From positions 32,001 to 96,000 of the forward strand of contig JBDGTS010000008.1 of the NCBI GenBank assembly GCA_042216675.1: 64,000 nt of DNA, written 5' to 3'. The translations under genes were made by a program, and so were the position numbers. This DNA is from Halobacteriaceae archaeon (GTDB taxonomy: Archaea > Halobacteriota > Halobacteria > Halobacteriales > Halobacteriaceae). The notes under the pieces are model-generated. The model ran no database searches. It was given only the letters and a program-made list of their open reading frames with translations, and had not been told where the DNA came from. Shown piece after piece: positions 18,793 through 28,531 of the stretch (its first letter is position 1; each line of letters opens with the position of its first letter).

Positions 18793-20052
18793 ATGTCGCT
18801 GCTTCGCCGCCTCTGGGACCGCCGCGAGTCGTCCCCGCTTTTCGTGGCGCTCTCAGTTCTCACCGTGGCCGTCCTCCTCTCGTGGCCCGTCGTCGACTTC
18901 TATCTCCGACAGGTCGGCGTCGGCATCCCGTTCGGATTCAACGACTTCGGGGCGTACATGAGCGCCATCCACCGCGTCCGAACCGGCGGCTCGCTGTACC
19001 AGATGACCCACGGTAGCTACCACGGCAGTTACCTCTACCCCCCCGTGACGGCCCTGATTTTCCACCCGTTCCTCGGCTTCGACTTCAAGACGGGCGCCAT
19101 CATCTTCGTCTCCGCCTCGCTCGTCCTCCTCTGGGTCGGCGTCGAGTCCGTCGCTCGCGTCCTCGGCTATGAACTCGGCGTCGCGGAGCGACTGCTCCTG
19201 TTGGTCGCGCTCTTTGGCTTCCAGCCCGCGCTTCGGGACTACAAGTGGGCGCAGATTTCCTCGCTCCTCGCCGCCCTCCTCTGTTTCGCGTTCTACACGG
19301 GCGAACTCGCCGAGGAGACGGACGACGACCGGTATCGCTACGCCAGCGGCGCGCTGACGACACTCGGAAGCGCGTTCAAGCTGTTCTTCGCCACCTCCGG
19401 CGCGCACCTCCTTCGGGACCGGAAGCGCTTCGCCGGCGCGATGGCCGCCGCGGGCGTCCTCGCCGTCGTCTCCGTCGTCGCGTTCGGCGTCGAGATGCAC
19501 CGCGACTACGTCGACGTGTTGATGTGGGGCAAGGGTTGGGGTGGCACCCGCGCGCCGTACCTCTGGGACACCTCCGCGGCGTACCGGCCGCTCTACATGC
19601 TCGGCAACCTCGGGATGGCCGCTCGCGTCGTGGGCGTGTTCGGCACCGTCGGCCTGACGCTGGCCGCCCGCCGCGACGACTCCGCCGCCGCGCGCCGCGC
19701 GACGTTCGCGCTCGGCGTCGCCGTCATTCCCCTATTGGCGCCGCTCGCCGACAGCCACGACCTCGTGGTGATGCTCCTCCCGGCGGTCATCCTCCTCGCC
19801 CTCGAACTCGACCGCCCGGACGGCTATCCGTGGATTCCGGTCCTCGCGGTCCTGCTCTTTCACCTCCACCGCTACTCCGTCGAGGTGGCGATAAATCGCC
19901 CGGACCTGCTCCCCGTCGGGTCGTCGTTCGTCCGCGCTCACGCGCCGTGGTTCCAGACCGGGATGTGGGCGACGTTCCTCCTCGTCGGTCTCGCGGCGGT
20001 CCGGGTCGCCGAACACGCCGCACTGCCGGACTGGGCGGACGCAGTGCGCTGA
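18793..20052 (+). CDS. GT-C membrane glycosyltransferase, GT87/DUF2029-like
   Basis: Multi-TM protein with NDFGAY, YLYPP, AQIS and FKL motifs. Confidence 0.8.
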   Translation: MSLLRRLWDRRESSPLFVALSVLTVAVLLSWPVVDFYLRQVGVGIPFGFNDFGAYMSAIHRVRTGGSLYQMTHGSYHGSYLYPPVTALIFHPFLGFDFKTGAIIFVSASLVLLWVGVESVARVLGYELGVAERLLLLVALFGFQPALRDYKWAQISSLLAALLCFAFYTGELAEETDDDRYRYASGALTTLGSAFKLFFATSGAHLLRDRKRFAGAMAAAGVLAVVSVVAFGVEMHRDYVDVLMWGKGWGGTRAPYLWDTSAAYRPLYMLGNLGMAARVVGVFGTVGLTLAARRDDSAAARRATFALGVAVIPLLAPLADSHDLVVMLLPAVILLALELDRPDGYPWIPVLAVLLFHLHRYSVEVAINRPDLLPVGSSFVRAHAPWFQTGMWATFLLVGLAAVRVAEHAALPDWADAVR

Positions 20053-20116
20053 CCGCTCGCGGCGCCCCGGCGCCGTGGAGACAGTTTTAACCGAGCGACC
20101 GTTCGCTTGGACAACT

Positions 20117-21436
20117 ATGGACTTCGACGGGCGACTGACTCGCCGGCGGTGGCTCTCTTCGCTGGCCGCCGCCACGGGGAGTATCGCTGGCTGCGCGGCG
20201 CCCCTCGGGGACGGCACGTCGGCCGACAGCGACGCGCCGTCGTCCGATTCCGACCCGACCACGAGGGCCGGCGGCGCCGGCGATGACTCGGCGTGGCCGA
20301 CGTTCCGTGGCGACGACAGAAACACCGGGTGCGCGCTGAACGACCACGCCCCGGCCGACTACCCGGAGCGGAAGTGGACCGTGTCCATCGGCGACGGCGT
20401 CTGGAGCAGCCCGGTCGTCGCCGACGGCCGTCTCTACATCGGCTCGATGGACTACAAGGTGTACGCGATAGACGCGGCCACCGGCGAGATAGATTGGACC
20501 TACGAGACCGACGGGCCGGTCCAATCGACGCCAACCGTCGCCGACGGCCGCGTGTACGTCGGCTCCTTCGACAAGCACGTCTACTGTCTCGACGCCGAGA
20601 CGGGCACGAAGCAGTGGTCTCACGAGACGGCCGGACTGGTCAACAGCAGTCCCACCGTGGACGACTCTCGGGTGTACATCGGCAGCGGCGTCATCGGCGT
20701 CGGGGAGGTACACTCGTATCTCGAATCGAGCGGCGTCGAACCGGAGGGTGGCGGGCTGTACGCCCTGAACCGCGAGACGGGGGCGCTCGAGTGGCGCCGG
20801 TATCCGACCTACCGAATCAGTAGCACGCCGGCGGTCGTGGACTCGACCGTCTACATCGGCCTCACGGACGGGGAGCCGAACCGGCCGCTGATAGCGGCGC
20901 TCGACGCTTCGAGCGGCGACGCCGAGTGGGAGTTCGAGACGAACAACGCGGCGATAACGAGTCCCTCGGTGCAGTCCGGTCGGGTCTACTGTGCGACGTT
21001 CTTCGGAACTGTCCACGCTCTCTCCACCGAGACTGGCGAGGAGGCGTGGGGCTTCAACATCGGTGACGGCGACATCCGGGGCTCGACCGCCGTCTGTGAC
21101 GGGTCCGTCTACGTCCCGGCGTCGGGCAACAAACTGGGGGAGCGCTCGGACAACCCGGTGCTGTACTCGCTCTCGGTGGACGGGGACGTGCAGTGGGAGC
21201 ACGAGATACCCGGCGCTCGGCAGATGGGGAGTAGCCCCGCCGTGACGAGCGACGCGATATACGTCGGCACGCACTTCCGCAACGGCGGCGGCGGGATGTA
21301 CGCCGTGAGCCACGCCGGTGAGCGCCTGTGGGGCAGAGAGGTCGAGGACGGGGAAGGCGTGGGGAGCAGCCCCGCCGTCGACGACGGCACGCTCTACTAC
21401 GGCGCGGACAACGGCATCGTGTACGCGCTGGAGTAG
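20117..21436 (+). CDS. Tat lipoprotein with PQQ-like beta-propeller repeats
   Basis: TRRRWL twin-arginine signal, IAGC lipobox, WPTFRGD, and repeated SSPVV/STPTV...YIGS...AIDAATG..W blades. Confidence 0.9.
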   Translation: MDFDGRLTRRRWLSSLAAATGSIAGCAAPLGDGTSADSDAPSSDSDPTTRAGGAGDDSAWPTFRGDDRNTGCALNDHAPADYPERKWTVSIGDGVWSSPVVADGRLYIGSMDYKVYAIDAATGEIDWTYETDGPVQSTPTVADGRVYVGSFDKHVYCLDAETGTKQWSHETAGLVNSSPTVDDSRVYIGSGVIGVGEVHSYLESSGVEPEGGGLYALNRETGALEWRRYPTYRISSTPAVVDSTVYIGLTDGEPNRPLIAALDASSGDAEWEFETNNAAITSPSVQSGRVYCATFFGTVHALSTETGEEAWGFNIGDGDIRGSTAVCDGSVYVPASGNKLGERSDNPVLYSLSVDGDVQWEHEIPGARQMGSSPAVTSDAIYVGTHFRNGGGGMYAVSHAGERLWGREVEDGEGVGSSPAVDDGTLYYGADNGIVYALE

Positions 21437-21494
21437 CCGCGCACCGCACGGAAATACGTCATTAACTATAATGTGGGTAGTGCCATAGGGAGTC

Positions 21495-24215
21495 GTGCCA
21501 CCAAACGATACTGGCGGGGACGAGGGACGCACAGCGACGACAGACGACCTCCGACTCACCCGACGGACAGCGATGGCACTGCTCGGCGTCGGCGGCGCGG
21601 CGGCCGCCGGCGCTGGCTCGGCGGCGGCGACACACGACAAGGGGAACTCCGGCGCGCCGACGCGGCCGTGGAATCAGCACGTCGACGCTCAGGACCACGA
21701 CCTGACGAACGTCAGGGACCTCTCGACGGAGACGCTCACCGTCGACAACGTCTACACGCGTGCCCGGTGTGCCGACGTGTTGGTGTGGCGAGACGAGAGC
21801 GGGACGCTGTTCGCGGACAGTGCCGAGGAGACGCTGTACGAGGGCGACGACTTCACGGCCGCCGTGCAGGCGGCTCTCGACGGTCTCACGGACGGCCGCA
21901 CGTCGAAAGAGCGCGTCGTCGTGGCCACGTCGGGGACGATGGGGCCCCACGAGTGGGACGGCGACGTCGAGGCCATCGACGTCCCGAGTCACACGATTCT
22001 CGACCTCTGCGGGACCATCTTCGTCGAGGACGAGGGGGAGGCGCTCGTGCGACCGCTCCGGGCGCTCAACGCCGAGAACATCGAGATTCCGCACGTCCGC
22101 ATCGTGGGCAACTTCCGCGCGGCCATCTGGTTCCGGAGCGTGTTCAACGTGAAGTTCGGGCACATCGACATTCGCACGCCCGAGGACAGCATCATCTCGG
22201 GCACGGGCGGCGGGGTCCGCATCGACGGTTTCGCGAACGGGCGCGGCGACGACACCGTTCGCTGTAAAGACATTCAGGTTGACAGCGCCTACATCGAGAA
22301 CACCGTCGGCCACGCCTTCGAGACGTACGCGGTGGACCGCATTCAGGTCGGACAGGTCATCGCGAACAGGCCGAACTTCGCGGGCGTCCTCCTCAACGAC
22401 ACGCGCGACGCGACGGTCGGTGCCGTCGTCGGGAAGGAGGTGGACGTGGGCGGCGGCTACGCCGCCTTCCGCGTCGCCAACGGCTGCAAGGACGTGACCT
22501 GCGACCAGGTCGTCTGCCGGCGCGGCGCGCGCGGCGTCTTCGGCGTCTCGGGGTGTACCGACATCACCGTCGGCGAGGTCAACATCCAGCAGACGGACGC
22601 CAACGGCATCCTCATTCAGGACTGCCAGCGCTTCTCCATCAACGGCGGCGTCGTGAAGAACTGCTTCGGCGACGCCATCCGCGTCGACTCGCGCGACTCC
22701 GACAGACACGACCCCGCGGAGGGCGTCTCGGTGTCGAACGTCCGCGTCGTGGACACCCGCGAGGAGAAACAGCAGACCAACGGCATCTACGAGTCCGGTC
22801 CCGACACGGGGAACAACCGCTTCGTGGACAACGACTTGCGCGACGCCGGCACGGAGGCGAACATGCGGCTCTTTTCGGCGAGCAGTGTCGTCCGCGACAA
22901 CATGGCCGGCGGCGTGGACCACGGCACGGTGACGCTCTCCAGTGGAAGCACGCCCGCCGCGCGCGTCACCGGCGTCACCGACAAAGGCCCCTCGACGCTC
23001 GCCCTCCGGGCGAAGACGCGGGAGCCGCCGTCGTCACCCTTCGGGTACGACCACCGGTTCGAGTGGACCGGCAGCCAGTGGGACCTCGTCATCGAGTGGC
23101 AGACGGACCCCGGCGAGGACGTGCCCCTCGACTACATCGTCGACCGGCCACAGGCCAACATCGGCGAGACGCCGACCATCCCGCCGATACAGTTCGAGGG
23201 CCCCATCACCGCCGGCACCTATCGGCTGAACGCCGTCCACTCGGGACTGGCGCTCGAAACGGCGGCCGCCGACGCCGCGCCGGGCACCAACGTCCAGCAA
23301 GGCATCTGGGAGGACACCGACTACCAGAAGTGGACGGCAGTTCCCCTCGACGCCTACGAGGACCAGTTCCGAATCGAGAACTTCGCCAGCGGCGCGGTGC
23401 TCGGCGTCGAAGGTGGTTCGATGAACGACGGTGCGAACGTCAACGTCCAGTCGTGGTCCGACGTGCCGCACCAACGCTGGACCATCGAGGAGTACGGGAA
23501 CGGCCAGTACGCCGTCCGCGCGGTCCACTCCGGGCAGGCGCTCAACGTCGCCGGCGAGGACACCAACGACGGCGCGAACGTCGTCCAGTGGCCCTACGGC
23601 GGCGAGGGCGCCGGCAACGAGCTCTGGGACTTCGAGCAACAGGCCGTCGGCGGCGTCAGCGCCGGCATCGTCGACGACTTCGAGGACGGGAATCTCGACG
23701 AGTACGACGGGCAGACCGGAAACTACACCGTCAACAGCGACGCGCCGGTGGCCTCCGGCAGTCAGAGCCTGAAGAGCGACTCGGGCGGCGCCATCATCTC
23801 GATGGATGGCCTCGACCGCTACCCTGCCGAGGGGACGACGTTCTCCGCGAAAGTGGGGTACACGTCGGCGAACCCGACCATGGGTATCGCTTTCGGCGCG
23901 CAGGACGCCTCGTCGTTCTACTTCGCCCGCGTCTACCGCCCGGACGACTCCGACCCCCGCCTCCAACTGTACTCCCCGGAGAGCGGGAAACTCATCGGCG
24001 GCACGCTCTCCGGCCCGCTCACCGCGAACGCGCTGTACGAACTGGTCGTGGACTGGGCCGAGGGCGGCGAGTTCACGCTGACCATCAACGACCCCGACGG
24101 CAACGAACTCGAATCCCGGACTGCGACCGACGACGTGGGCATCGTCGGCGGCGGCGTCGGCACGCGGAACACGGCCATCCTCGACGAGTATCGCATCGAC
24201 TCGGGCACGCAGTAG
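21495..24215 (+). CDS. Tat-secreted right-handed beta-helix protein with ricin-B (CBM13-like) lectin and C-terminal beta domain
   Basis: TRRTAM signal; parallel beta-helix repeats in the N-terminal half; QKW/QRW/ELW ricin repeats with HSG and GANV motifs. Confidence 0.8.
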   Translation: MPPNDTGGDEGRTATTDDLRLTRRTAMALLGVGGAAAAGAGSAAATHDKGNSGAPTRPWNQHVDAQDHDLTNVRDLSTETLTVDNVYTRARCADVLVWRDESGTLFADSAEETLYEGDDFTAAVQAALDGLTDGRTSKERVVVATSGTMGPHEWDGDVEAIDVPSHTILDLCGTIFVEDEGEALVRPLRALNAENIEIPHVRIVGNFRAAIWFRSVFNVKFGHIDIRTPEDSIISGTGGGVRIDGFANGRGDDTVRCKDIQVDSAYIENTVGHAFETYAVDRIQVGQVIANRPNFAGVLLNDTRDATVGAVVGKEVDVGGGYAAFRVANGCKDVTCDQVVCRRGARGVFGVSGCTDITVGEVNIQQTDANGILIQDCQRFSINGGVVKNCFGDAIRVDSRDSDRHDPAEGVSVSNVRVVDTREEKQQTNGIYESGPDTGNNRFVDNDLRDAGTEANMRLFSASSVVRDNMAGGVDHGTVTLSSGSTPAARVTGVTDKGPSTLALRAKTREPPSSPFGYDHRFEWTGSQWDLVIEWQTDPGEDVPLDYIVDRPQANIGETPTIPPIQFEGPITAGTYRLNAVHSGLALETAAADAAPGTNVQQGIWEDTDYQKWTAVPLDAYEDQFRIENFASGAVLGVEGGSMNDGANVNVQSWSDVPHQRWTIEEYGNGQYAVRAVHSGQALNVAGEDTNDGANVVQWPYGGEGAGNELWDFEQQAVGGVSAGIVDDFEDGNLDEYDGQTGNYTVNSDAPVASGSQSLKSDSGGAIISMDGLDRYPAEGTTFSAKVGYTSANPTMGIAFGAQDASSFYFARVYRPDDSDPRLQLYSPESGKLIGGTLSGPLTANALYELVVDWAEGGEFTLTINDPDGNELESRTATDDVGIVGGGVGTRNTAILDEYRIDSGTQ

Positions 24216-24872
24216 CAACTGCGGCCACCCCCTTTCGCGGGCCGGGGTCGGCGACGCACACCCCCCGACTGCACGTCCGTGAGCGGTTCGAGGATGGGGG
24301 TGTCACCGGCGGCGACGAGCACGTCGGCCACGGAGCGTTCCGACGCCCGACCGCGGTCGCCCCCGAAGCGATAGGTCGCGCTAGTCTCGTTGAGGGACAC
24401 GCTCTCGCGGTTTCGGACGATGCCGATGGCGTCGGTCGCGGCGTCGAGGACTGCCTCGACGCGCGCCCCCGCGTCGACGACGTCGCGCTGGTCGCGGTAG
24501 TACCTGACCGCGTCCGTGACGAGCGACGCGAGGTGGCCCCACTGGTCCTGGTGTCGCTCTCTGACGAGATAGTCGGTGACGCCGGCGGAGATGGCACGAC
24601 TCGCGACCGCTTCGGTCCCCTCGCCGGTGCACAGAATGAACGGCAGCGTCGGGACCGTCGCTCGAACGGCTTCGAGGAGGGCGACCCCGTCCGTCTCCGG
24701 CAGGTCGTGGTCGCTGACGACGCACTCGATTCGCGGTTCCCCCTCGATGACGTCGATGGCCGTCCCGACCGACGCCACGGGGACGACCTGAATCGGTCCG
24801 TGGTCTGGAAGCGCGCTCACAGGCGGCGAAGGCTTCGTCCGCCGTCACCACCAGAACACGGAGCGTCGGCAC
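24216..24872 (-). pseudogene. Frameshifted and truncated response-regulator receiver + PAS gene
   Basis: The N-terminal VPTLRVLVVTADEAFAA is in a different frame from the receiver body (CVVSDHDLPETDG, FILCTGEG, AISAGVTDYL). The body frame has no stop until 23933, inside the convergent gene. Confidence 0.7.
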
Positions 24873-24928
24873 GGCCCTGCCTCGAACGACTTCCGCACGG
24901 ACAATCAAACTGGCTAACGCCCGTCCGG

Positions 24929-27073
24929 TCAGTCCGCCTTCGACAGTTCGACGACGAAAACCGCGCCCTCGGGGTCGTTGTCTTCGACCCGGACCGTTCC
25001 CCCGTACGCGTCGACGAGTTGTTCGACGAGGTAGAGCCCGATTCCCGTTCCCCCGCTGTCGAGGCCCTTTTCGCCTTTCCCGAACACCGCGTCCTTCTGT
25101 GCGTCGGGCACGCCCGGTCCGTTATCGGCGATCCGGACCTCGACCACCCCGTCCCCTTCGCTCGCCGTGACGGTGACTTCGGGCACCTCCGAGTCGTTGT
25201 GCTGGATCGCGTTCGTGAGGAGGTTTCGGAACACGGAGTCGAGCAGTTCGTCCGCCAGAACCGAACAGCGTGGGATCGCCCCCTTGACGGTGACGGCGGC
25301 GCTCTGATACTCCGACCGGACCTCCTCGACCTCGGCGTGGAGCGTCGAGCGCAGTTCGACCGGCTTCAGGGTGTCGTCGGTCGAGCGCATCACGTCCGCG
25401 AGGTCGCGTGCCGTCTCGGTGAGTTCGACCGCGTGTGCGGCGCTCTCACGAATGGTCTCCAGATACCCCTGCCCCGCCTCGTCGACGTACGTGTCCAGTA
25501 CGTCCGCGTAGGCGGTCACGAGTTGGAGGTCGTTCCGGATGTCGTGACGGAGCATCTGGTTCATCAAGTCGAGGTTGTCGCGTTGCTCCGCGAGTTGCTG
25601 TTCGTACCGCTTGCGCGCCGTGATGTCCTGAATCACGCCGTCGTACAGGACTTCGCCGTCGTCCTCGTGAGCGATGGCCGTCACGCTCCCCCAGATCTCT
25701 TCGCCGTCGAGCGTGACGAGTTCGAGTTCTCTCTCGGTCACGGCCCCCTCCTCACGGAGCGTCTCGCTGAACGCCTCCCGCTGTTCGGGATCGGCGTACA
25801 GTTCCTTCACCGTCTGGTCGCGGAGCGCGTCGACCGAGTCCGCGTCGAAGATGTCCGCCATCGCTTCGTTCAGGAACCGAAATTCGCCGTCCGGCCCCGC
25901 GGTGTTCTGATAGACCCCGATCGGGAGGTTCTCGACGAGGCGCTCGTACCGCCTGAGTTCCGCTTCGCGTTCCTTCCGGTCGGTGATGTCCTGAACGACC
26001 TTGTGGAGATGCTCAGTCCTCGTCGCGTCTTCGGTGAGCGCGGCGGTGACGGCGACGTCCTTCGTCTCGCCGTCGAGGGTCTGGAACTCGACCTCGTGTC
26101 TGACCCGCTCCTGGTCCGACGAGCGGAGGGCCTCGATGAGGGTGTCGCGCTCCTCGGGGTCGGCGTACACCTCGGCGACGCGGTGGTCGCGGAGTTCCTC
26201 CGCCGACTCGGCGTTCAACAGCGAGACGAGCGCCGGGTTGACGTATTCGAACGTCCCGTCCGACGTCGCCTCGGTTCGCAGGACCCCACTCGGGACCGCC
26301 TCTAGAAGGCGTTGTGCGGCTTCGAGTTCCTGTTCGGACTGTTTTCGGTCCGTGATGTCCTGCTGGAAGCCGACGAAGTGCTCTACGGTCTCCCCCACCC
26401 GGACGGGCGCTATCGTGACGCGGTTCCAGAACTCGGTGCCGTCCCGTCGGTAGTTCCGCAGTTCGACCGTAACCGACTTTTCGGCGTCGACCGCCTCTCG
26501 AATCTCCTCGACCGGTTCGGACGCCGTCGCGTCCCCCTGCAGGAACCTGCAGTTGCGCCCGAGGACCTCCTCCTCGGCGTAGCCGGTCAGTTTCTGAAAC
26601 CCGTCGTTCGCGTAAATCAGGGGGTTGTCCTCACGACTGGGGTCGCTGACCGTGACGCCTATCGGTGCCGCGTCGACGGCCTGCACGAGTCGGTCACGGT
26701 CCCGAAGGCGTTCGCCCGGCGTCCTGATCGGCGAGACGCGCGCGAGGACGTGTGGCTCGCCATCGACGGTGACCGACGAGAGACGCGCCTCGACGAGCGG
26801 ACTCGCCCCCGAATCGGGGGTCACCGTCCACTTGTGCGTTTCACCCTCGGGGTCTTCTCGCCGGACGTGTGCCAGAATCCCGTCCGACGAGCGCTGACTG
26901 GCAGTCGCGACCGACGTGACCGTCTCCCCCCGAATCCGCTCGCGGTCGCGGTCGGCCAGTTCGCAGAACCGCCGATTGCACTCTCGAATCCGTCCCGTTT
27001 CCGATTCGATGAGCAACAGCCCATCGGGATTCTCGTCGAAGAGTGTCTGGTACGCCGCCTCGGAAACGCTCAT
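24929..27073 (-). CDS. Multi-PAS sensor histidine kinase with LOV domain
   Basis: DNPLIYANDGF, GRNCRFLQG and NYRRDG LOV motifs; LRHDIRN H-box; NLLTNAIQH, DNGPG and GTGIGL HATPase boxes. Confidence 0.93.
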   Translation of the reverse strand: MSVSEAAYQTLFDENPDGLLLIESETGRIRECNRRFCELADRDRERIRGETVTSVATASQRSSDGILAHVRREDPEGETHKWTVTPDSGASPLVEARLSSVTVDGEPHVLARVSPIRTPGERLRDRDRLVQAVDAAPIGVTVSDPSREDNPLIYANDGFQKLTGYAEEEVLGRNCRFLQGDATASEPVEEIREAVDAEKSVTVELRNYRRDGTEFWNRVTIAPVRVGETVEHFVGFQQDITDRKQSEQELEAAQRLLEAVPSGVLRTEATSDGTFEYVNPALVSLLNAESAEELRDHRVAEVYADPEERDTLIEALRSSDQERVRHEVEFQTLDGETKDVAVTAALTEDATRTEHLHKVVQDITDRKEREAELRRYERLVENLPIGVYQNTAGPDGEFRFLNEAMADIFDADSVDALRDQTVKELYADPEQREAFSETLREEGAVTERELELVTLDGEEIWGSVTAIAHEDDGEVLYDGVIQDITARKRYEQQLAEQRDNLDLMNQMLRHDIRNDLQLVTAYADVLDTYVDEAGQGYLETIRESAAHAVELTETARDLADVMRSTDDTLKPVELRSTLHAEVEEVRSEYQSAAVTVKGAIPRCSVLADELLDSVFRNLLTNAIQHNDSEVPEVTVTASEGDGVVEVRIADNGPGVPDAQKDAVFGKGEKGLDSGGTGIGLYLVEQLVDAYGGTVRVEDNDPEGAVFVVELSKAD

Positions 27074-27106
27074 GCGGGGGGTTCCCCTGTGTCAGTTTAA
27101 ATGCTT

Positions 27107-27402
27107 TGAGACCGCCCTGGACTCGCGATACTCGTCCGCGCGCTCTCGACTCGGTGTACTCGCGAGGCCGCCCGGAGTCGAATCTCAGTCACTCCCGTTC
27201 GCTCGTTTCACTCGCTCACCTCCCGCTCCCTGCGTCGAATCCGCGGCCCCGTGAGCCGCTCACGATGTTCGCGGCAGCATGGACCGCCCGGATTCGAACC
27301 TCGGTCGCTGGGTCGAACCCCTACGTGCGGTCTTTCTGCCCGCGTTTTTTGCGAGGGAGCGAAGCGACCGAGGAAAAAGCGGGATGGGGCCGCCGTGGCT
27401 CG
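27107..27402. repeat. Distal array of degenerate tRNA-Pro 3'-end repeats with hairpin spacers
   Basis: Copies of TGGGACCGCCCGGATTCGAACC at about 27107, 27166, 27280 and 27385. Segment 27226-27300 aligns with 28852-28928, and 27325-27392 aligns with 28729-28805. Confidence 0.85.
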
Positions 27403-27435
27403 CTGGACTCGTCACTCACGCCGCCCCGACGAGGT

Positions 27436-27453
27436 CGGGAACGGCCGTTCCCG
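27436..27453. other. Perfect 18-bp palindrome just downstream of the lipoprotein stop codon
   Basis: CGGGAACGGCCGTTCCCG; overlaps a second hairpin CCCGAC-GAG-GTCGGG at 27425-27439. Possibly a terminator or RNA-stability element. Confidence 0.45.
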
Positions 27454-27454
27454 G

Positions 27455-28528
27455 TCAGAATTCGGGGAAGCGTTCGAGTTCCCCCGTTGGGACCGTCTGC
27501 CTGCCGACGACGAAGTCCCCGTCCACGGATTCGGTGACCTCGAATCCCCCAATCTCCGTCGGCAGGAAGTCCTCGCTGTCAGCGGCGGCCGACGCGCGCG
27601 CCTCGTCGGTGAACGGAAACGCGAACACCTTCTCGGTCTCTTGGTCCCCGACTCTCCAGCCGATTCCCGTTCCGAGTGCGCCCTCGGGCAGGCTGTTCGT
27701 ACTCCCGCTCACGTACACCGTCCCGTACGTCACCCGAACAAACGTATCTGCCTGGACAATTTCGAATAGCCGAGCGACTTTCGCATCGACCTCGTGAGCC
27801 CGCGCAACCGCGCCGGCCCGAGCATCGACGAACGTCTCGAGCAGGTCGGCCCCCTCGGGGTCGAATACGGCGATGACGACCGAATCACTGACGCCGATCG
27901 CGTTTCCGGTCTCGTTGTTCTCGATGATAGTGACGCCCTCGTACTCCGTCGGGCCGCTGGCCCACCCCTCGTTCAGATACGCGTCGACGGCGCTCTGCTC
28001 GTCGAACGTCCCGAGGTAGACGTGCGCCGCAGCGCCGCTCTCGGACCCGTCTCGCCACGGTGTCCGGATGCGGATGGAATCGTTGACCTGTCCCGGTTCG
28101 ACGTGCTGTGGCGTGTGCTCGTCGCCCGGAAATTTGCCCGACTGACTCGATAGCAATCCGTCCTGAAGACTGGCCTTCATCGAGCGGATCGCTGCGGCGT
28201 CGACGTACCATAGCTCGAAGTTGACCGTCCCGTCGACTGTCGAGGCTGGCGCTGGTATCCAGTCGGCGTACGGATAGTCGCCGGGCGTTCTGGTTTCGGT
28301 ATCGGTCCCGCCGTCTTCAGTCTCTGTCGTGGCGTCGGTCGCGTCGCCTTCTGTCTCCGTTCCGGTTTCAGTCGTCGCCGTCGTCGCGGTGCTGTCACCG
28401 CCCCCGGGTAGCGTCGCTGTGTCCTGCGTCCGGTCGTCCGTCCCGTCACCGCTACACCCGGCCACCAGCACGGCCCCAACTAACCCGCCACGTTGGAGGA
28501 GTCGGCGTCGGCTGTAGTTGGCACTCAT
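27455..28528 (-). CDS. Tat lipoprotein of unknown function with Thr/Glu-rich linker
   Basis: SRRRLL twin-arginine signal, VAGC lipobox, T-rich stalk and an acidic globular domain. Confidence 0.85.
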   Translation of the reverse strand: MSANYSRRRLLQRGGLVGAVLVAGCSGDGTDDRTQDTATLPGGGDSTATTATTETGTETEGDATDATTETEDGGTDTETRTPGDYPYADWIPAPASTVDGTVNFELWYVDAAAIRSMKASLQDGLLSSQSGKFPGDEHTPQHVEPGQVNDSIRIRTPWRDGSESGAAAHVYLGTFDEQSAVDAYLNEGWASGPTEYEGVTIIENNETGNAIGVSDSVVIAVFDPEGADLLETFVDARAGAVARAHEVDAKVARLFEIVQADTFVRVTYGTVYVSGSTNSLPEGALGTGIGWRVGDQETEKVFAFPFTDEARASAAADSEDFLPTEIGGFEVTESVDGDFVVGRQTVPTGELERFPEF

Positions 28529-28531
28529 CGT

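Noticed and set aside
22553-26305. 1250-aa ORF and other long Arg/Gly/Val-rich ORFs (e.g. 4226-6184, 41684-44455 apart from its 113-aa tail, 53968-55944, 58103-59986)
   Set aside because: These are alternate-frame or antisense shadows of real genes, expected in high-GC DNA; they lack acidic halophilic composition and recognisable motifs.
27279-27310. Additional tRNA genes at the repeat copies (also 28797 and 45210)
   Set aside because: Only the T-arm/acceptor 3' strand is present; there is no D-arm or anticodon arm.
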